From Octopus vulgaris (taxonomy: Eukaryota), in the NCBI GenBank assembly GCA_951406725.2, contig OX597820.1:14694001-14758000 (forward strand): a stretch of DNA of 64,000 nt, in the 5' to 3' direction. The notes under the pieces are model-generated. The model was not told the DNA's origin, did no database searches, and saw only the letters and a program-made list of their open reading frames with translations. Position numbers and translations under genes: made by a program. This document shows, piece after piece, positions 37,611 to 50,564 of the stretch (its first letter is position 1; each line of letters starts with the position of its first letter).

Positions 37611-38449
37611 TAATAATAATAATTATAATAGTTGTTTCTAATTTTGGCATACGTCCCAGAAATTTTGAGGGGAGGGGTTAATCTAGAATTTTTAGCACAG
37701 ATTCAAAGATGGGTCTGTGAAGAATTATAACATTTATGCTTTTCTTAAGACCATCAGCAATTTAAAGACAACGGCATTGGTAATGAGCATCACTATCATC
37801 ATCGTCATCATCTTCATCAACAAAATCACCACCATCATCATCATCATCATCATCAACACCATCATCATCATCATCAAGCCCCAGTAGATTATTGATCTGG
37901 TTTGGGATGTAATAAATAAATTTGGCCAAAGAACGGAGTTAGTTTAGCCAAACTGTAGAATAAATATAGTCATTTTGATTTTCTCTGGAATCTATCCCGC
38001 TACCATTGATTTCAAAGTGGCATTGCTGCAATTTAATAGAATCTAATTAAACATATCTGCGTGTGTGTGTGTGTGTGTGTGTGCACGCATCAGTGTATGT
38101 GTGTGCATGTATGTGCGAGAGTCTGGGGCTTTAAGTCTGTTTGTACTCAGCAGTGTGTAAATTTGTCTGGCTGTGTCAGCTGTTGTTTGCTGTGTCTGTT
38201 CAGGTCATATATATATATATATATATATACATACATACATGTATATGTATATATATATGTGTGTGTGTGTGTCTGTGTCCTTATGTTTAAGTGAACACAT
38301 GGTTGTGCATATGTATTTGTGTTGCTTGTGCATATGTGTCTGGATGCAAGTGTGCACCTCTGCGCATATTTTCTTAGACGAATTTTATTTTCTTTTATAG
38401 CCACAGATGTGGCTGTGTGGTAAGAAGTTTGCTTCCCAACCACATGGTG

Positions 38450-38490
<41 letters not shown>

Positions 38491-38684
38491 GTCTCCTTGC
38501 TGTGAAGAAGCATCATGGGGGATGCTTCTTAACATGTGTCACCATCATGCTAGCAGTGTCCTTTGTTTCCAGTCTTCCATGAAAACATGTCAAGTCATGA
38601 GGAAATATTACCCTACTTGAAAACAACAGGTATGGGTTGGTGACAGGAAGGGCATTTGGTCATAAAAAATCTCTCCCTGTTTCT

Positions 38685-38981
38685 GTTGCTTGGCAGAGCT
38701 GAAGTCATCCCAGGTTAATAGTCCTAGAGACGTCATTGTGTGTAGAGCTGACCAACTCCACCATTCTCCCTCCTGCATCATTATCAGTCCTGTACCAGCC
38801 TCTTTGCATCCTCCAAGGCAACATTGAGCCTCTGGAGGTCTTCCTTAATCACATGCAGCTGTTTGATGCAGGGTCTGCGACAGGGCTTTTTCCAGCTCAC
38901 TGCTGCTACATTGGAGAAGATTAAGGCCCTGGTATGACGACCTAACGAGAGGCGGAGGACATGTCCATATCTGCTCAACAA
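38685..38981 (-). pseudogene. RTE-clade LINE ORF C-terminal relic
   Basis: RYGHVLRL...WKKPCRRPCIKQLHVIKEDLQRLNVALEDAKRLVQD matches the RTE W.GHV.R...R.RGRP...W...I..DL....A.DR pattern. Confidence 0.85.
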
Positions 38982-41279
38982 ATTCTATCCATCTCAGGTG
39001 AGCATAGAAAAGTGATCACAAAAACTATGATGATGATATTCTTGCTCTTCCCCAATATTTTCATTCATACAATTGCTCACAGAAAAGCATACGCTGTGTC
39101 TCACTTTCTCTTTCTTATATAGAGAGCTTCACCCTTGAAACTTATTTATAAACTTTATGCCTGTCATATGATGGAATACATTTTTGGATTTACAGTAATT
39201 AACTAATAGTTTCTTTCATTTGAGAGATGATCCCAATCTTTCCATCCTATATTTTTCATTTCACATATATTTTCTCATTGATAGTTGCTCTGATACAGAA
39301 ACACACACCACCCTGCAACTTGGATGTAAGGCCTCTGCCTCATCTTTGTTACATCTTTAACCATCTTTCTTTCCTGTCTCTTTCCCTTCTCCAGCTGAGA
39401 AAGCTATGTCTCTCTTTTAGTGCAAGACCTCTTTCTGTTCCTCAATATTACTCCCCACCTCAGTTGAGAGGGTCCTGCTTCGCAAGTTACTCAGTCACCT
39501 CACTACTGCTGGTGCCACATAAAAAGCACCCAGTACACTCTAAAGTGGCTGGTGTTGAGAGGGGCATCCAGCTGTAGAAATCATGCCAAGGCAGGCAGCA
39601 GAGGTTGGTGTAGTCTTTTGATTTGTCTATTCCTGTGAAACTGCCCTACTTATTTTATGCTGTGTGTGCACATAATGGCCATGTGTAAGAGAGAAAGAAA
39701 AGAAACTTTGAAAAGTGTTATAAATTAAGAAGAAAAAAGAGGAAAACCTAATAAAGGAAAGCATACTAGTACATTGCTGGTATCTATTTTATAAAACTGC
39801 TGGGGGATGAAAAGGGATAAAGCCTTCAGGTGAATTTGAACTCTTAAACTGGTGGTTACAAACTAAATAGGGGGAAATACATCTAGTTTGTTATTATTTC
39901 TGTGAATTCCACTGCTTTACTCTTTAAAAAGTCGTTTGGGGTGACAATGGGGATGATGATGGGGCTGGTAGTGTCAGAAAATGGGACTTTAGAGGAGATT
40001 TTAATTTGAAGGAGTGACAGGGGTGGGCGCGAAGGGTGGAGGCGGGCCTCTCTTGTGCTTTTGTTTGGTCGGACAAAAGATTAATTTCTCACATAAGCCA
40101 ATGTCACACTTACTATTTGTTCATCTCTCTCTCTCTCTCTCACATATCTTAAGGTCCCCTCCACAGGTAAATTGTTCCCAAATGCAATGAGTGTTGTCAA
40201 TACAGGCAGATATAAGGGGTAGCAATAGGGGCAAACAGCCAACCAACTATGATTTATTTTATTCTTATTTATATACATTCATTGTTATTTATTTTTCCCT
40301 AGTTTTTTCTTTTTCTTTTGTGTTTTTTTTGTGTATTGCAGATTTCTTCTGACACATTATATCTGAGTATGTCATTGGTGTTGGTAGTGGCAAGGGAGGG
40401 TGTTGTATTTGTGTGGCTTCTGGTTGGTGGGGCAGGAGTGGAGCAATGAAACCTAAGTGGAACAATTTCATCTGAGGTTGGGTTTCTTCCTTTCACCTGT
40501 TGATCACTGGACCAGAACTGAAGTCCTGTTTAAAATACCTTTCTTTCAATGACCTACAATTAATGGCTTCTACTTTTACATTTTAGCCCTGAGTCTAGCT
40601 TACTGGCTAAATTGGGATGAAGTGTAGGGGCTACTTTTAAACAGCTGGTTTAAAACTGAGATATAAAAGAACCCCCTCATCATAGATAGACCTCATTTTA
40701 TTGTATGGAGGCTGTTGACAGAGAGCAAAACATTTAACTATGAAACTGACAATATTCGTTTTGTGTTTTTGCTTTTACTTTTCTAAGCATAACACATCTC
40801 GTAAACTTTCGGTCATACTTCTGGCCATCTTCAAAGGCATTTCAGTTCGAGATTTTGTCTTAAAATTTTTGCTTCCGCTTCACATGTACACAGACATGCT
40901 TACACAAATACACACACACACCTAATAAAATCATTTTTCTCTTGGTTATCATTTTCCCTGTTACACTAAGGCTATGTGTGCAAAAAAATCTTAAAATTAC
41001 CATATTTACTCAAGAATTCACACCCCAGTTTCTTCAGTTCAAATCAAGTGTGAAGCAGTGCAACTTACACATGAATAAATGCAGTATTTAATATCCCAAA
41101 TATTCACACATACGTGGTTGTTTTCCGCTTTGTTTACTTCTTTGCTTTAAGTGAGCCCAGCTTTATACGCAAATGATATCAGTTTTCTGGGAGGTGGATA
41201 TTTGAATGTATCAGTTTGTATGTATGTGTACTAGAGTTTCAAAAAATATTTTTATCTGCTATTTTTATTTTTTTAATTC

Positions 41280-41391
41280 CGGGTTCAGTCCTACTGTGTA
41301 GCACCTTGGGCAAGTGTCTTCTACTATAGCCTCAGGCCAACCAAAGCCTTGTGAGTGGATTTGGTAGATGGAAACTGAAAGAAGCCAGTCG

Positions 41392-41440
<49 letters not shown>

Positions 41441-41642
41441 ATGTCTGTGTCTGTGTTTGTCCCCTAATATTGCTTGACAGCCGATGCTGGTGTGTTTACG
41501 TTCCCATAGCTTAGCAGCTTGGCAAAAGAGACTGATAGAATAAATACTAGGCTTACAAAGAATAAATCCCGAGGTCGATTTGCTCGACTAAAGGTAGTGC
41601 TCCAGTATAGCCGTAGTCAGATGACTAAAACAATAAAAGGAA
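41280..41642 (+). mobile_element. Family O SINE (5'-truncated)
   Basis: From cgggttcagtcc through the 3' module. Confidence 0.88.
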
Positions 41643-41659
41643 AAAAAGGAAAGAATATT

Positions 41660-42130
41660 GAGGCATCATCCAGTCAGGCTGATTGCCCAGGCCAGCCTGA
41701 TTACCTCTCTCCATCCCTCCCAATCTCCTATTAGTGTTTTTAGATTTTCAAACTTGGCATCCAAAACTTCTGCAAGCTGTTGTATATACGTCTTCTGTGG
41801 TCTTCCAGCCACTGTGGTACCACGATTTGGTGTCCGCAGCAACACATTACTCACAAGTTCTTCTTTACTTCTCCAGCACTGGCCAACAAACCTCAGTCTC
41901 CGCTCTTGGATGGTTGATGAGAAAGTTGGTACACGAGAAAGTCAACCCTACCAGATAAATTGAAGAGACAGTTCTTCAGAACAGTTGTTGAATCTGTACT
42001 TGTTTATGGATCTCCAAATTGGACTCTCACCAAGAAACTCAGGTGCATGCTGGACGGTGCCTACACTAAATTGTTAGGTGCAGTGTTCATCATCTCTTGG
42101 AGGGAGTACCTAATAAGACAATGGTTATCT
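41660..42130 (-). mobile_element. RTE-clade LINE fragment with inverted 5' segment
   Basis: Minus 41932-41666 encodes VPTFSSTIQERRLRFVGQCWRSKEELVSNVLLRTP...GRPQKTYIQQL...GWREV. Plus 41939-42130 encodes the preceding block KSTLPDKLKRQFFRTVVESVLVYGSPNWTLTK...SWREYLIRQWL. Confidence 0.9.
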
Positions 42131-42360
42131 GTGGCGAGCTGGCAGAAACGTTAGCACGCCGGGCGAAATGCTTTGTAGTATTTCATCCATCGCTGCATTC
42201 TGAGTTCAAACTCCGCCGAGGTCGACTTTGCCTTTCATCCTTTCAGGGTCAATAAATTAAGTACCAGTTGCGTACTGGGGTCGATGCAATCAACTTAATC
42301 TGTTTGTCTGTCCTTGTTTGTCCCCTCTGTGTGTAGCCCCTTGTGGGTAGTAAAAAATAG
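42131..42360 (+). mobile_element. Young family M SINE
   Basis: CpG-rich ggcgagctggcagaaacgttagcacgccgggcg head and core. Confidence 0.9.
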
Positions 42361-42829
42361 GTTAACTGCTATACTTCAACACATAATATTGCCATGTTTG
42401 TGTAGAACAAAGAATTAGCAATTCCATGATATTTGATAGTGACTGTTAAATTGATATATATACTTTTCATGTCTCTAATTGTTATGCATAGGCTTGAGAA
42501 CAGGGGCTGCTGGAGGTAAAAGCGCATCCCTTAACAATTTTGGTGGGGTTTTGAAAATTCTCTTTGAACATCCTCTTGAAAACCTTCATCACAAAAACAA
42601 AGAAGCATAAAAAGATTTTTGATCTGATTTGAAACATTATTTTTCTATTATTGGATTTACCTGGTTCATTGATGTACAAATATGATAATAATAATTTTTA
42701 TTCGGACCTCGGTTTTCATCCCCTAAGCAAATTTCATTCCCGCACTTATGATTGCATGTCACTTTGTCGACCCCCAATTACATTTATGAAAGAAAGAATT
42801 ATCTGTATGTGGTTAGTAAAGGTAGCATC

Positions 42830-43190
42830 TCCCTAAACATTTCATACCTGTAGCATATCCCAGAGCATAGACTATCCAATGTAGTTGTTGGTAAATATGA
42901 TTCTGTATCAAAATGGGAAATGACTAGAGAATGCAAGTAATCTGCAAAGATTGGAGAAGCAAATATTTGCAACATCAATGGATGTTTCATTTGTTTTATC
43001 TTATGTCAGAGATGATAAATTCCTGCCTGGGCATGTGACTGGTGGCAAGTATGGGCCATTGGAAGGTGCAAAAATGCTGAAATGCATCTGGTGCTCTGGC
43101 TGGCCACTGTTGGAATGAATTTACATATGGCTTTGATTTTCATTGTTTTTAACACAGCATGTCCATAATAGATGTTATCTCTGGACAAAT
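42830..43190 (-). pseudogene. Possible Tc1-like transposase relic
   Basis: EFIISDIR (cf. VIFSDE) lies about 48 codons before CSGICY (cf. WGGISY), a spacing like Tc1 DDE domains. Very degraded. Confidence 0.25.
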
Positions 43191-43248
43191 ATCATAATAA
43201 CTGACCTATCAACTGTGTATATACATAAAGTATGATACATATTGAATG

Positions 43249-43297
<49 letters not shown>

Positions 43298-43354
43298 CAC
43301 ATAAGAATTAAACAAGAAAAAAAAGTCTGAGAATCGTCAATCAAGGAAAAGAGA

Positions 43355-43582
43355 TTAACCCTTTAGCGTTTGAATTAATATGTCAAAAGTAATCCTTATT
43401 CATTTACATTTTAAAAAATTAATCTGGTACTATCTTGTAGCTTCAAGATTTGAAAGATGTTATTGTTTATTTTTCGAATGACATTGCAGGGTAGGTGTGA
43501 GAGTCTGGTTCTGGCCAGTTTGAGCATAAAATGAGCAGAATATTTGGGCCGGATATAACTGGTTTAAACACTGAAGGGTCAA
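43355..43582. mobile_element. Family B MITE
   Basis: TTAA-CCCTTTAGCGTT...AACACTGAAGGG-TCAA. Confidence 0.85.
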
Positions 43583-44920
43583 AGGAAGAAGCTGCAATAT
43601 TTTGTAACTAATCCTGTTTTCCTCGCTATAAAAAAGATAGCTCTATTTTACAAAAAAAACTCACATTAGCTCCATCAGCATCATCAGCATCATTTAACGT
43701 CCGCTTTCCATGCTAGCAACGGCCACATTCGGATGGTTCTTTTACATGCCACCAGCACTGGTTATCACAACTACAATTTCCATTGATTTTTGATCGATTT
43801 CGATTTCCTAGTAACTAGTTGTCTTGTAGTTGCCAGATGGTTATTTGGTTTTCTTCTATTTTTATGTGCCATCTTCTCTTGAGTGTGCCATCTTTCAAAA
43901 TGTCAATTTCAAGTATCCAGTCTTTATTATGGTTTTATAATTTCCTCATCATAATTAAGGTTTATCTTGCAGGTGTGGGCAGCAAAATCAACCACCAACT
44001 ATTTGCTACCTTCTCCACTCCATAAAGTTCATCATCATCATCATCATCGGTATTGTAGTAGTAGTTGTTGTTGTTGTTTTTTCTTTTTCCATTGTCCTCA
44101 GACAATGAAGCCAACTAGTTAAGCCACCAACTAATATAAGATAATGCTGTAAATGTCACTGCCAATCTAATTAGTTAAGTGAATGCACTTCCAGTTTACA
44201 ATTTGTGACTTTAGGTTGTTGTTTTTTTCCTCTTTTTCTTTTCTTTTTTTTTTTTGACCTTTTGAAATGGAACCTAAATGCCATAACAAAAAGATGATTG
44301 AGGACGGGGAGTGGGGTGGGTGGGAGGGAAGACAGAAGAAACCAAAAGCGCTCGCGCGCACATACACGCACACACACTCACGCATACACATACACCAGCC
44401 AAACACCAAATTGTGTCAAACACACAAACTTCGGCTCCCACCATGAGGTTTCCTGGGCAGTAGGTAATCAGCCTAATACTTGCCCCCCTAACTAATGGAA
44501 TCTTCTTTTCATGGATATAGTTTTAGCGGGACGGGGAAAGGCTGCGGGGTGTTTGAAACAAAGAAAGCAGAGTGGAGTGTGACTCTTCACTTCTTCAAGT
44601 GCTGCTTGCTTCAATTTCTTTCACTATTTGCTCTGTGAAGACTCCATTTGTTCCCTTCCACCCACCACCCACCACCCTCACCTTCTCTGCAGCTGCCTCC
44701 TACTTTGCCATATCTTCTATCTACTATTGTTGGTTCAGTGCTAAACTTCTTCTGTTGGGATATAATTCATTTCATTAAGGGTTCTAAAGACGGCTCGTGT
44801 GTATTTAAACTGTTTTACAAACATTTACCCAAACATTTGGTAACCCAGTGCATTACAGCTTGATATGGAAAAATGCAAGCCCCCCACCTCTCTTTCTCAC
44901 ACACACATACATACACACAT

Positions 44921-45380
44921 CATCATCATCATCATCATCATTGTTTAACGTCCGCTTTCCATGCTAGCATGGGTTGGACAGCTTGACTGAGGACTGGCGA
45001 ACCAGATGGCTGCACCAAGCTCCAATCTGATCTGGCAGAGTTTTTACAGCTGGATGCCCTTCCTAATGCCAACCACCCTGAGAGTGTAGTGGATGCTTTT
45101 ATATGCCACCAGCATGAGGGCCAGTCAGGCAGTACTGGCGATGGCCATGCTTTTTATGTGCCACCTGCACAGGAGCCAGTCCACCGGCACTGGCAATGAT
45201 CTCGCTTAAATGTTGTTTTTCACGTGCCAGCAAGGCGATACTAGTAACAATCACGCTCGAATGGGAGCCACTCAGCGGCCATGGCAACGATCACGCTCAG
45301 ATGGCGCTTTTAACGTTCCACTGGCACGGGTGCTGGTCAGGCGGCACTGTCATTGGTCATGTCAGTGAATTTGATTTTAT
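44921..45380 (-). mobile_element. Family R element with VNTR
   Basis: (CAT)n tail and conserved blocks. Confidence 0.88.
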
Positions 45381-45536
45381 ATACATCAATGTACAATTGA
45401 CTACATATCACACTTCTTCATACACATAAATGCTTCTTTGCCCAATCAAAAAGGAAAGAGGGGATGATCATGTTTGGACTACCTTTGACCAAGTGTCTGC
45501 TCTATCAGAGCTAACTTATGGTTAGACACTATAATA

Positions 45537-46150
45537 AGTGTGGTTGTATGGTTAAGAGACTTCTTTTGTAATCTTATAGTCACAAGTTCCATCTCACACT
45601 GTGGCACCTTGGTCAAGTGTCTTTACTATAGCCCTGGGCTAATTAAAGCCTTGTCAGTAGAGTTGGAAGAAGTTTGGTGTGTGTGTGTGTGTACGTGTGT
45701 GGTTGTCATGACTTCATATGATAGTTGTAAATGAGTGTCACCTTCATATCAGCGACGTTGTTTTGTTTGCAGTCATTGGGTTGTGGCCATGCTGGGATAC
45801 TGCCTTGAAAGTTACTAGTTGAACAGTTCAACTGCAGTATCTGTTTTTTTAAGATTGGTCTCTTTTGCGAAGCTACAGTGACATAAACAAACCAACACTG
45901 GTTATCAAGCGATGGGGTGGACAAAAATACGATCACACATTCACACACACGCACGTACATATATTTATGTATGTCTGTGCATATGATAGATTTCCACTTA
46001 GTTTCCATCTACCGGATTCCTTCACAACATATTGATTGGGTCGGATCTCTAGTCGAAGAAACTTCCCCAGGGTGCTGAATAGTGGGACTGAACCTTAACT
46101 TACATGGTTGCAAAGCAAGCTTCTTACCCACACAGCCATGCCAGCACCTA
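45537..46150. mobile_element. Two family O-type SINEs in opposite orientation
   Basis: Plus head at ~45537; minus copy at ~45770-46150. Confidence 0.7.
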
Positions 46151-46669
46151 GCAATACATGTGTGTGTGTGTGTGTATTTGCACTTGCTTTCCCCTTTTCT
46201 TTTTTTTTTTTTTTTTTTAATTTGTTTTATTTCATTTCTGCTAGTTTCATTTAAAAGTGGGTGACTGGGATTCGTGGTGGCCTGTGGTGATTGCAAGGTC
46301 AGCAGAACGGAAATTGGGAGTCTGCATGATGGCTATCTGGTGAGCATTTCGCCTGATAATCTTCTGACTTTCATGGATGGCTGTGACATGGATAGGATGA
46401 AAGAAAGAGAGAGAGAGAGAGAGAGATAATGACAGAGACTGTGAATCTATGTCTGTGTGTGTGTGCGCACGTGAACGCAGACGCGTGTGATAACCATAGG
46501 CTTCTTCGAGGTGCTGCTTCTCTGATTGTGGTCATTCTTGCAATAAAATAACAATCAGTTCAATTCCAGTTCTTGCACGCGTGCATACACACACACACAC
46601 ACAGCTTTCCTCATTGCTGCAAGATGCTGGGTGGTTTATGGTGGTTATTGGAGATTGTAACACGCATGC

Positions 46670-46732
46670 ACGCACACACACACACAGACACACACATACA
46701 CACACACACACAAACACACACAGACACACACA

Positions 46733-46803
<71 letters not shown>

Positions 46804-46860
46804 ACACACACAGACAGACACACACACACACAACACACACACACACACACACACACACAC
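46670..46860. repeat. (CA)n microsatellite
   Basis: Directly visible in the sequence. Confidence 0.95.
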
Positions 46861-47334
46861 ATTGTGTATTTATATGCATGAATCATGTGAAGTGGTTTGT
46901 GTGTGTGTGTGTGTGTCTGTGTGTGTGGATGCGTACACTTAAGTATTGTTTTCTTTCACACCAGCAATTTCAACACCCTCCACCCCACCCCCACCCCTGT
47001 CTTTAGCTTTATCCACTACTGCAAATATTATCTCTCTTTCGCTCTCTCTCCCTTTCTCTCTTACTATATCTTCCTTGAACTGCGCTTCTGTCTGTCTCTC
47101 TTTGTCTCTTTCCCTCTGCCTGTCTGTCTCTCTGTCCCTCTCTCCCCACACACATCTCCACATTACACTCCACCTCTCGCCCCCACCGCCCTGTGTGCAA
47201 TACACACATGCAACCCTTGCTCACCCAGCTCCCACAGACTCACTCTCACTACCCTTACTTAGACACACACACACACACACCTCACAGGCCCCACCACCAT
47301 AATTACATACACCTTCCACCTATGTGCTTGTACA

Positions 47335-47670
<336 letters not shown>

Positions 47671-49526
47671 ATAATAATAATACTTTTCCCTACCTTTATT
47701 CCCCCTATTCTCCTTCAGACTCTTTTGCCTTTAACACTCACCAGCTTTTTCCATTTCCATATTTCCATATCTTCTTCTTCCCTTACTTTCTCCTCCATCA
47801 CCCGCCCACCACCACCGCCACCACCACCATCACACTCCTTACCTATCCCATTCCCCCCCGCCTCCTCCACCTCCACCTGTCACCCCCACCACCGCTGCGC
47901 CCACCACCCTCTACCTCCATTTTTATCTCTACAGCTCTGTCTGCTACAGCCACAGAAAAGTTTTATTGCCTTGGTCTTTCTTTGTGTTGGCCATTGCTTA
48001 TTATGCACTCTCCCCCTCACTCTCTCTCTCTCTCTCTCCCCTCACTCTCTTTTGCTATCTTTCTATCTCTCTCCCCCTCTCTTTATCTCCTTTTTATGTC
48101 TCTCTCTCTCCTTCTCTCTTTCTCTTTCTCATGTCTCTCTTTCACCCTCTCTCTCCCTCTCTAATTCATTCCTTTCTCTATCTATCTCATCTCTTTTCCT
48201 CCCACAATCATCACCATCTCTCATTTTATGTTGCTGCTGCTGCTGTTGTGTCCAAGAGTCTGTCTGATCAATCAGGTCCATCCATGCTTTATCTCCCAGT
48301 CTCCTTAGAAATGATGACTCACCCTGACTTTGCCAGAGAGAGAGAGAGAGAGAGGTACAGGCTAAAGAAAACCACTTACTCAGCAAGCACTGACCATTGA
48401 CCTACTACTACTACTACTACTACTACAATCATCAATACCACCACCACCACCACCACCACCTCTATATGTTGTTATGGCTATCCTTCATAGTTTTCTCTCC
48501 CACCTCATTCTCACTACCACCTCCACTACCATCACCACCACCACCTCCAAATATGCCTACACACCATTATCTTTTTCCTTGGTTGCTGTGCACTCCCAAA
48601 TTTTTCCCTATTCCTCATTAAAACTATCTTGTTACTTCTCATTTATAGTCCCACCAGTTCAGGGTAAAAAAAAAAAAAAAAAAAAAATCAAACTTCCCTT
48701 GTGGCTAGGAGCCAAAAGTAGTGTTCTCTCTCTCTCCTCTTCGTGGTTGTTTGACTTGCTAGAAATAATAGCCATGTTTCATTCATGTCAGAATCTGTTA
48801 GCTTTGGTTAATATGGCCCTGGGTTTCCTGCACACTGAAAAACGATGAGGTGGCCTCAGTTGGAATGCTTTCTGCATTGTCAAGACTGATCTGGAATTTA
48901 TATGGTTACTAGAACACCTTCACATTCTCACTCCTTCTCTTTCTCAATCTTGCACACACACACACACACAAGGTGTCCCCTAGAAGACAGTTAATACAAA
49001 AGAGATAATTATTTCTAATAATGTTTGTCTTGGTTAGAGGTTTGAATATGAAATTAAGGAATACAGGCAAAGATGTCTAGAAAACCCATATTCAAATTTT
49101 TCTCTCCTTCTCTCTTTGTTGCTTACATGAAGTTATAATATCGTATGGCACTATTTCACTCTTTTTTGAAATCAGCAGCATGGTGATATATCAATATATA
49201 TTTAATTATCAATAAGCAAAGGAAAGAAAGTAGTACTCAATACATTTAAATGTGGTTGTCATACAAGTAGTGTCCTTCATTTTCAGTACCTGTAAGAACA
49301 TATCTGATCATGGAGAACATGAGGATTGGCGATTGGAAGGGCTTCTGGGCCTTAGAAAGTCTACCTCAATAAACTCTGCCTGACCCGTGTTAGCATTTGA
49401 AAAGTGATCTTTAAATGATGATGGAGCTGGCTGTCAAAATGTGCATTGTGGTTCTTCAGCAGAAATATGTAATATCTGGAATAGTAAGAACAGTGGCTTG
49501 CATCTAGTTCTCCAACATATTATGTA

Positions 49527-49700
49527 TTGTTTGTTTGTTTGTTGAGCGAAGCGGTCTTCATCCCAGAGTGGGAGAAGTCCGAAACGTGGTCCTTTGCTAT
49601 TCGTAAGACCCGCAGAAGAGAAAGCAGGTCAACCCTCGACACCGAGAGCATCGAAGGATGGATGAACATATGTGTGACATAGCAGGTGTGTTCAATCGCA
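49527..49700 (-). mobile_element. CpG-rich structured element ending in (CAAA)n, probable LINE 3' UTR
   Basis: Three consecutive stem-loops on the minus strand followed by a tetranucleotide tail. Confidence 0.55.
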
Positions 49701-50131
49701 TCTCACCTTAACCTACAGAACACCAGAAACAAGTAGTTACATAAATTGACCCTTTATTCAGCCCCATAGGATAACAGGGGAGTCAGGCAGGCAGGCAGTC
49801 ATACCAAGACTGTGTATATCGTATCTTAAACCTTAAACCCAGCCAAACATCTCCCCTCATTCCTCCCCAGGACTGCAACTCTTTTAGAATTCCCCTCTTT
49901 CTTCCTTCCTCCTTTTTTCTTCCTTTTCCTTTTGCACCTATGTATTTTGGGTTGATGTTGTCCAAATTAAGCACCAACCACATCAATTTTGTCTGTCTAA
50001 GATAATGATTCTCAACCATTTTTTTTTTTTTACCTCTGACCCCCATTTGATCCCTACTTTACTCTACTGAACCCTTTTAGCCATTCAATGTTGAAAAAAA
50101 GCCTATCATATTTTTATAATTAACTAATTAT

Positions 50132-50533
50132 AGGCACAGGAGTGGCTATGCGGTTAGTAGCTTGCTTACCAACCACATGGTCTGGGTTCAGTCCCACTGC
50201 ATGGCACCTTGGGCAAGTGTCTTCTTCTATAGCCTCAGGTTGATTAAAGCCTTGTGAGTGGATTTGGCTGACAGAAACTGAAGGAGGCCCGTCGTATATA
50301 TGTGTGTATATATATATGTGTGTGTAAATGTTTGTGTGTCTGTGTTTGTCCCCCCAGCATCGCTTGACAACCAATGCTGGTGTGTTTACGTCACCGTAAC
50401 TTAGCAGTTCAGCAAAAGAGACTGATATAATAAGTACTAGGCTTACAAAGAATAAGTCCTGGGGTTGATTTGCTCGACTAAAGGCAGTACTCCAGTATGG
50501 CCGCAGTCAAATGACTGAAACAAGTAAAAGAGT
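50132..50533 (+). mobile_element. Family O SINE, full length
   Basis: Collinear with the 27880 copy. Confidence 0.9.
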
Positions 50534-50564
50534 ACTATTAGGAATTGTATAAAAAAAAATTCTT

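Noticed and set aside
48374-48385. 12-nt complement of the 4765-4776 donor (docking-site idea)
   Set aside because: On the order of a hundred 12-mer inverted matches are expected by chance in 64 kb.
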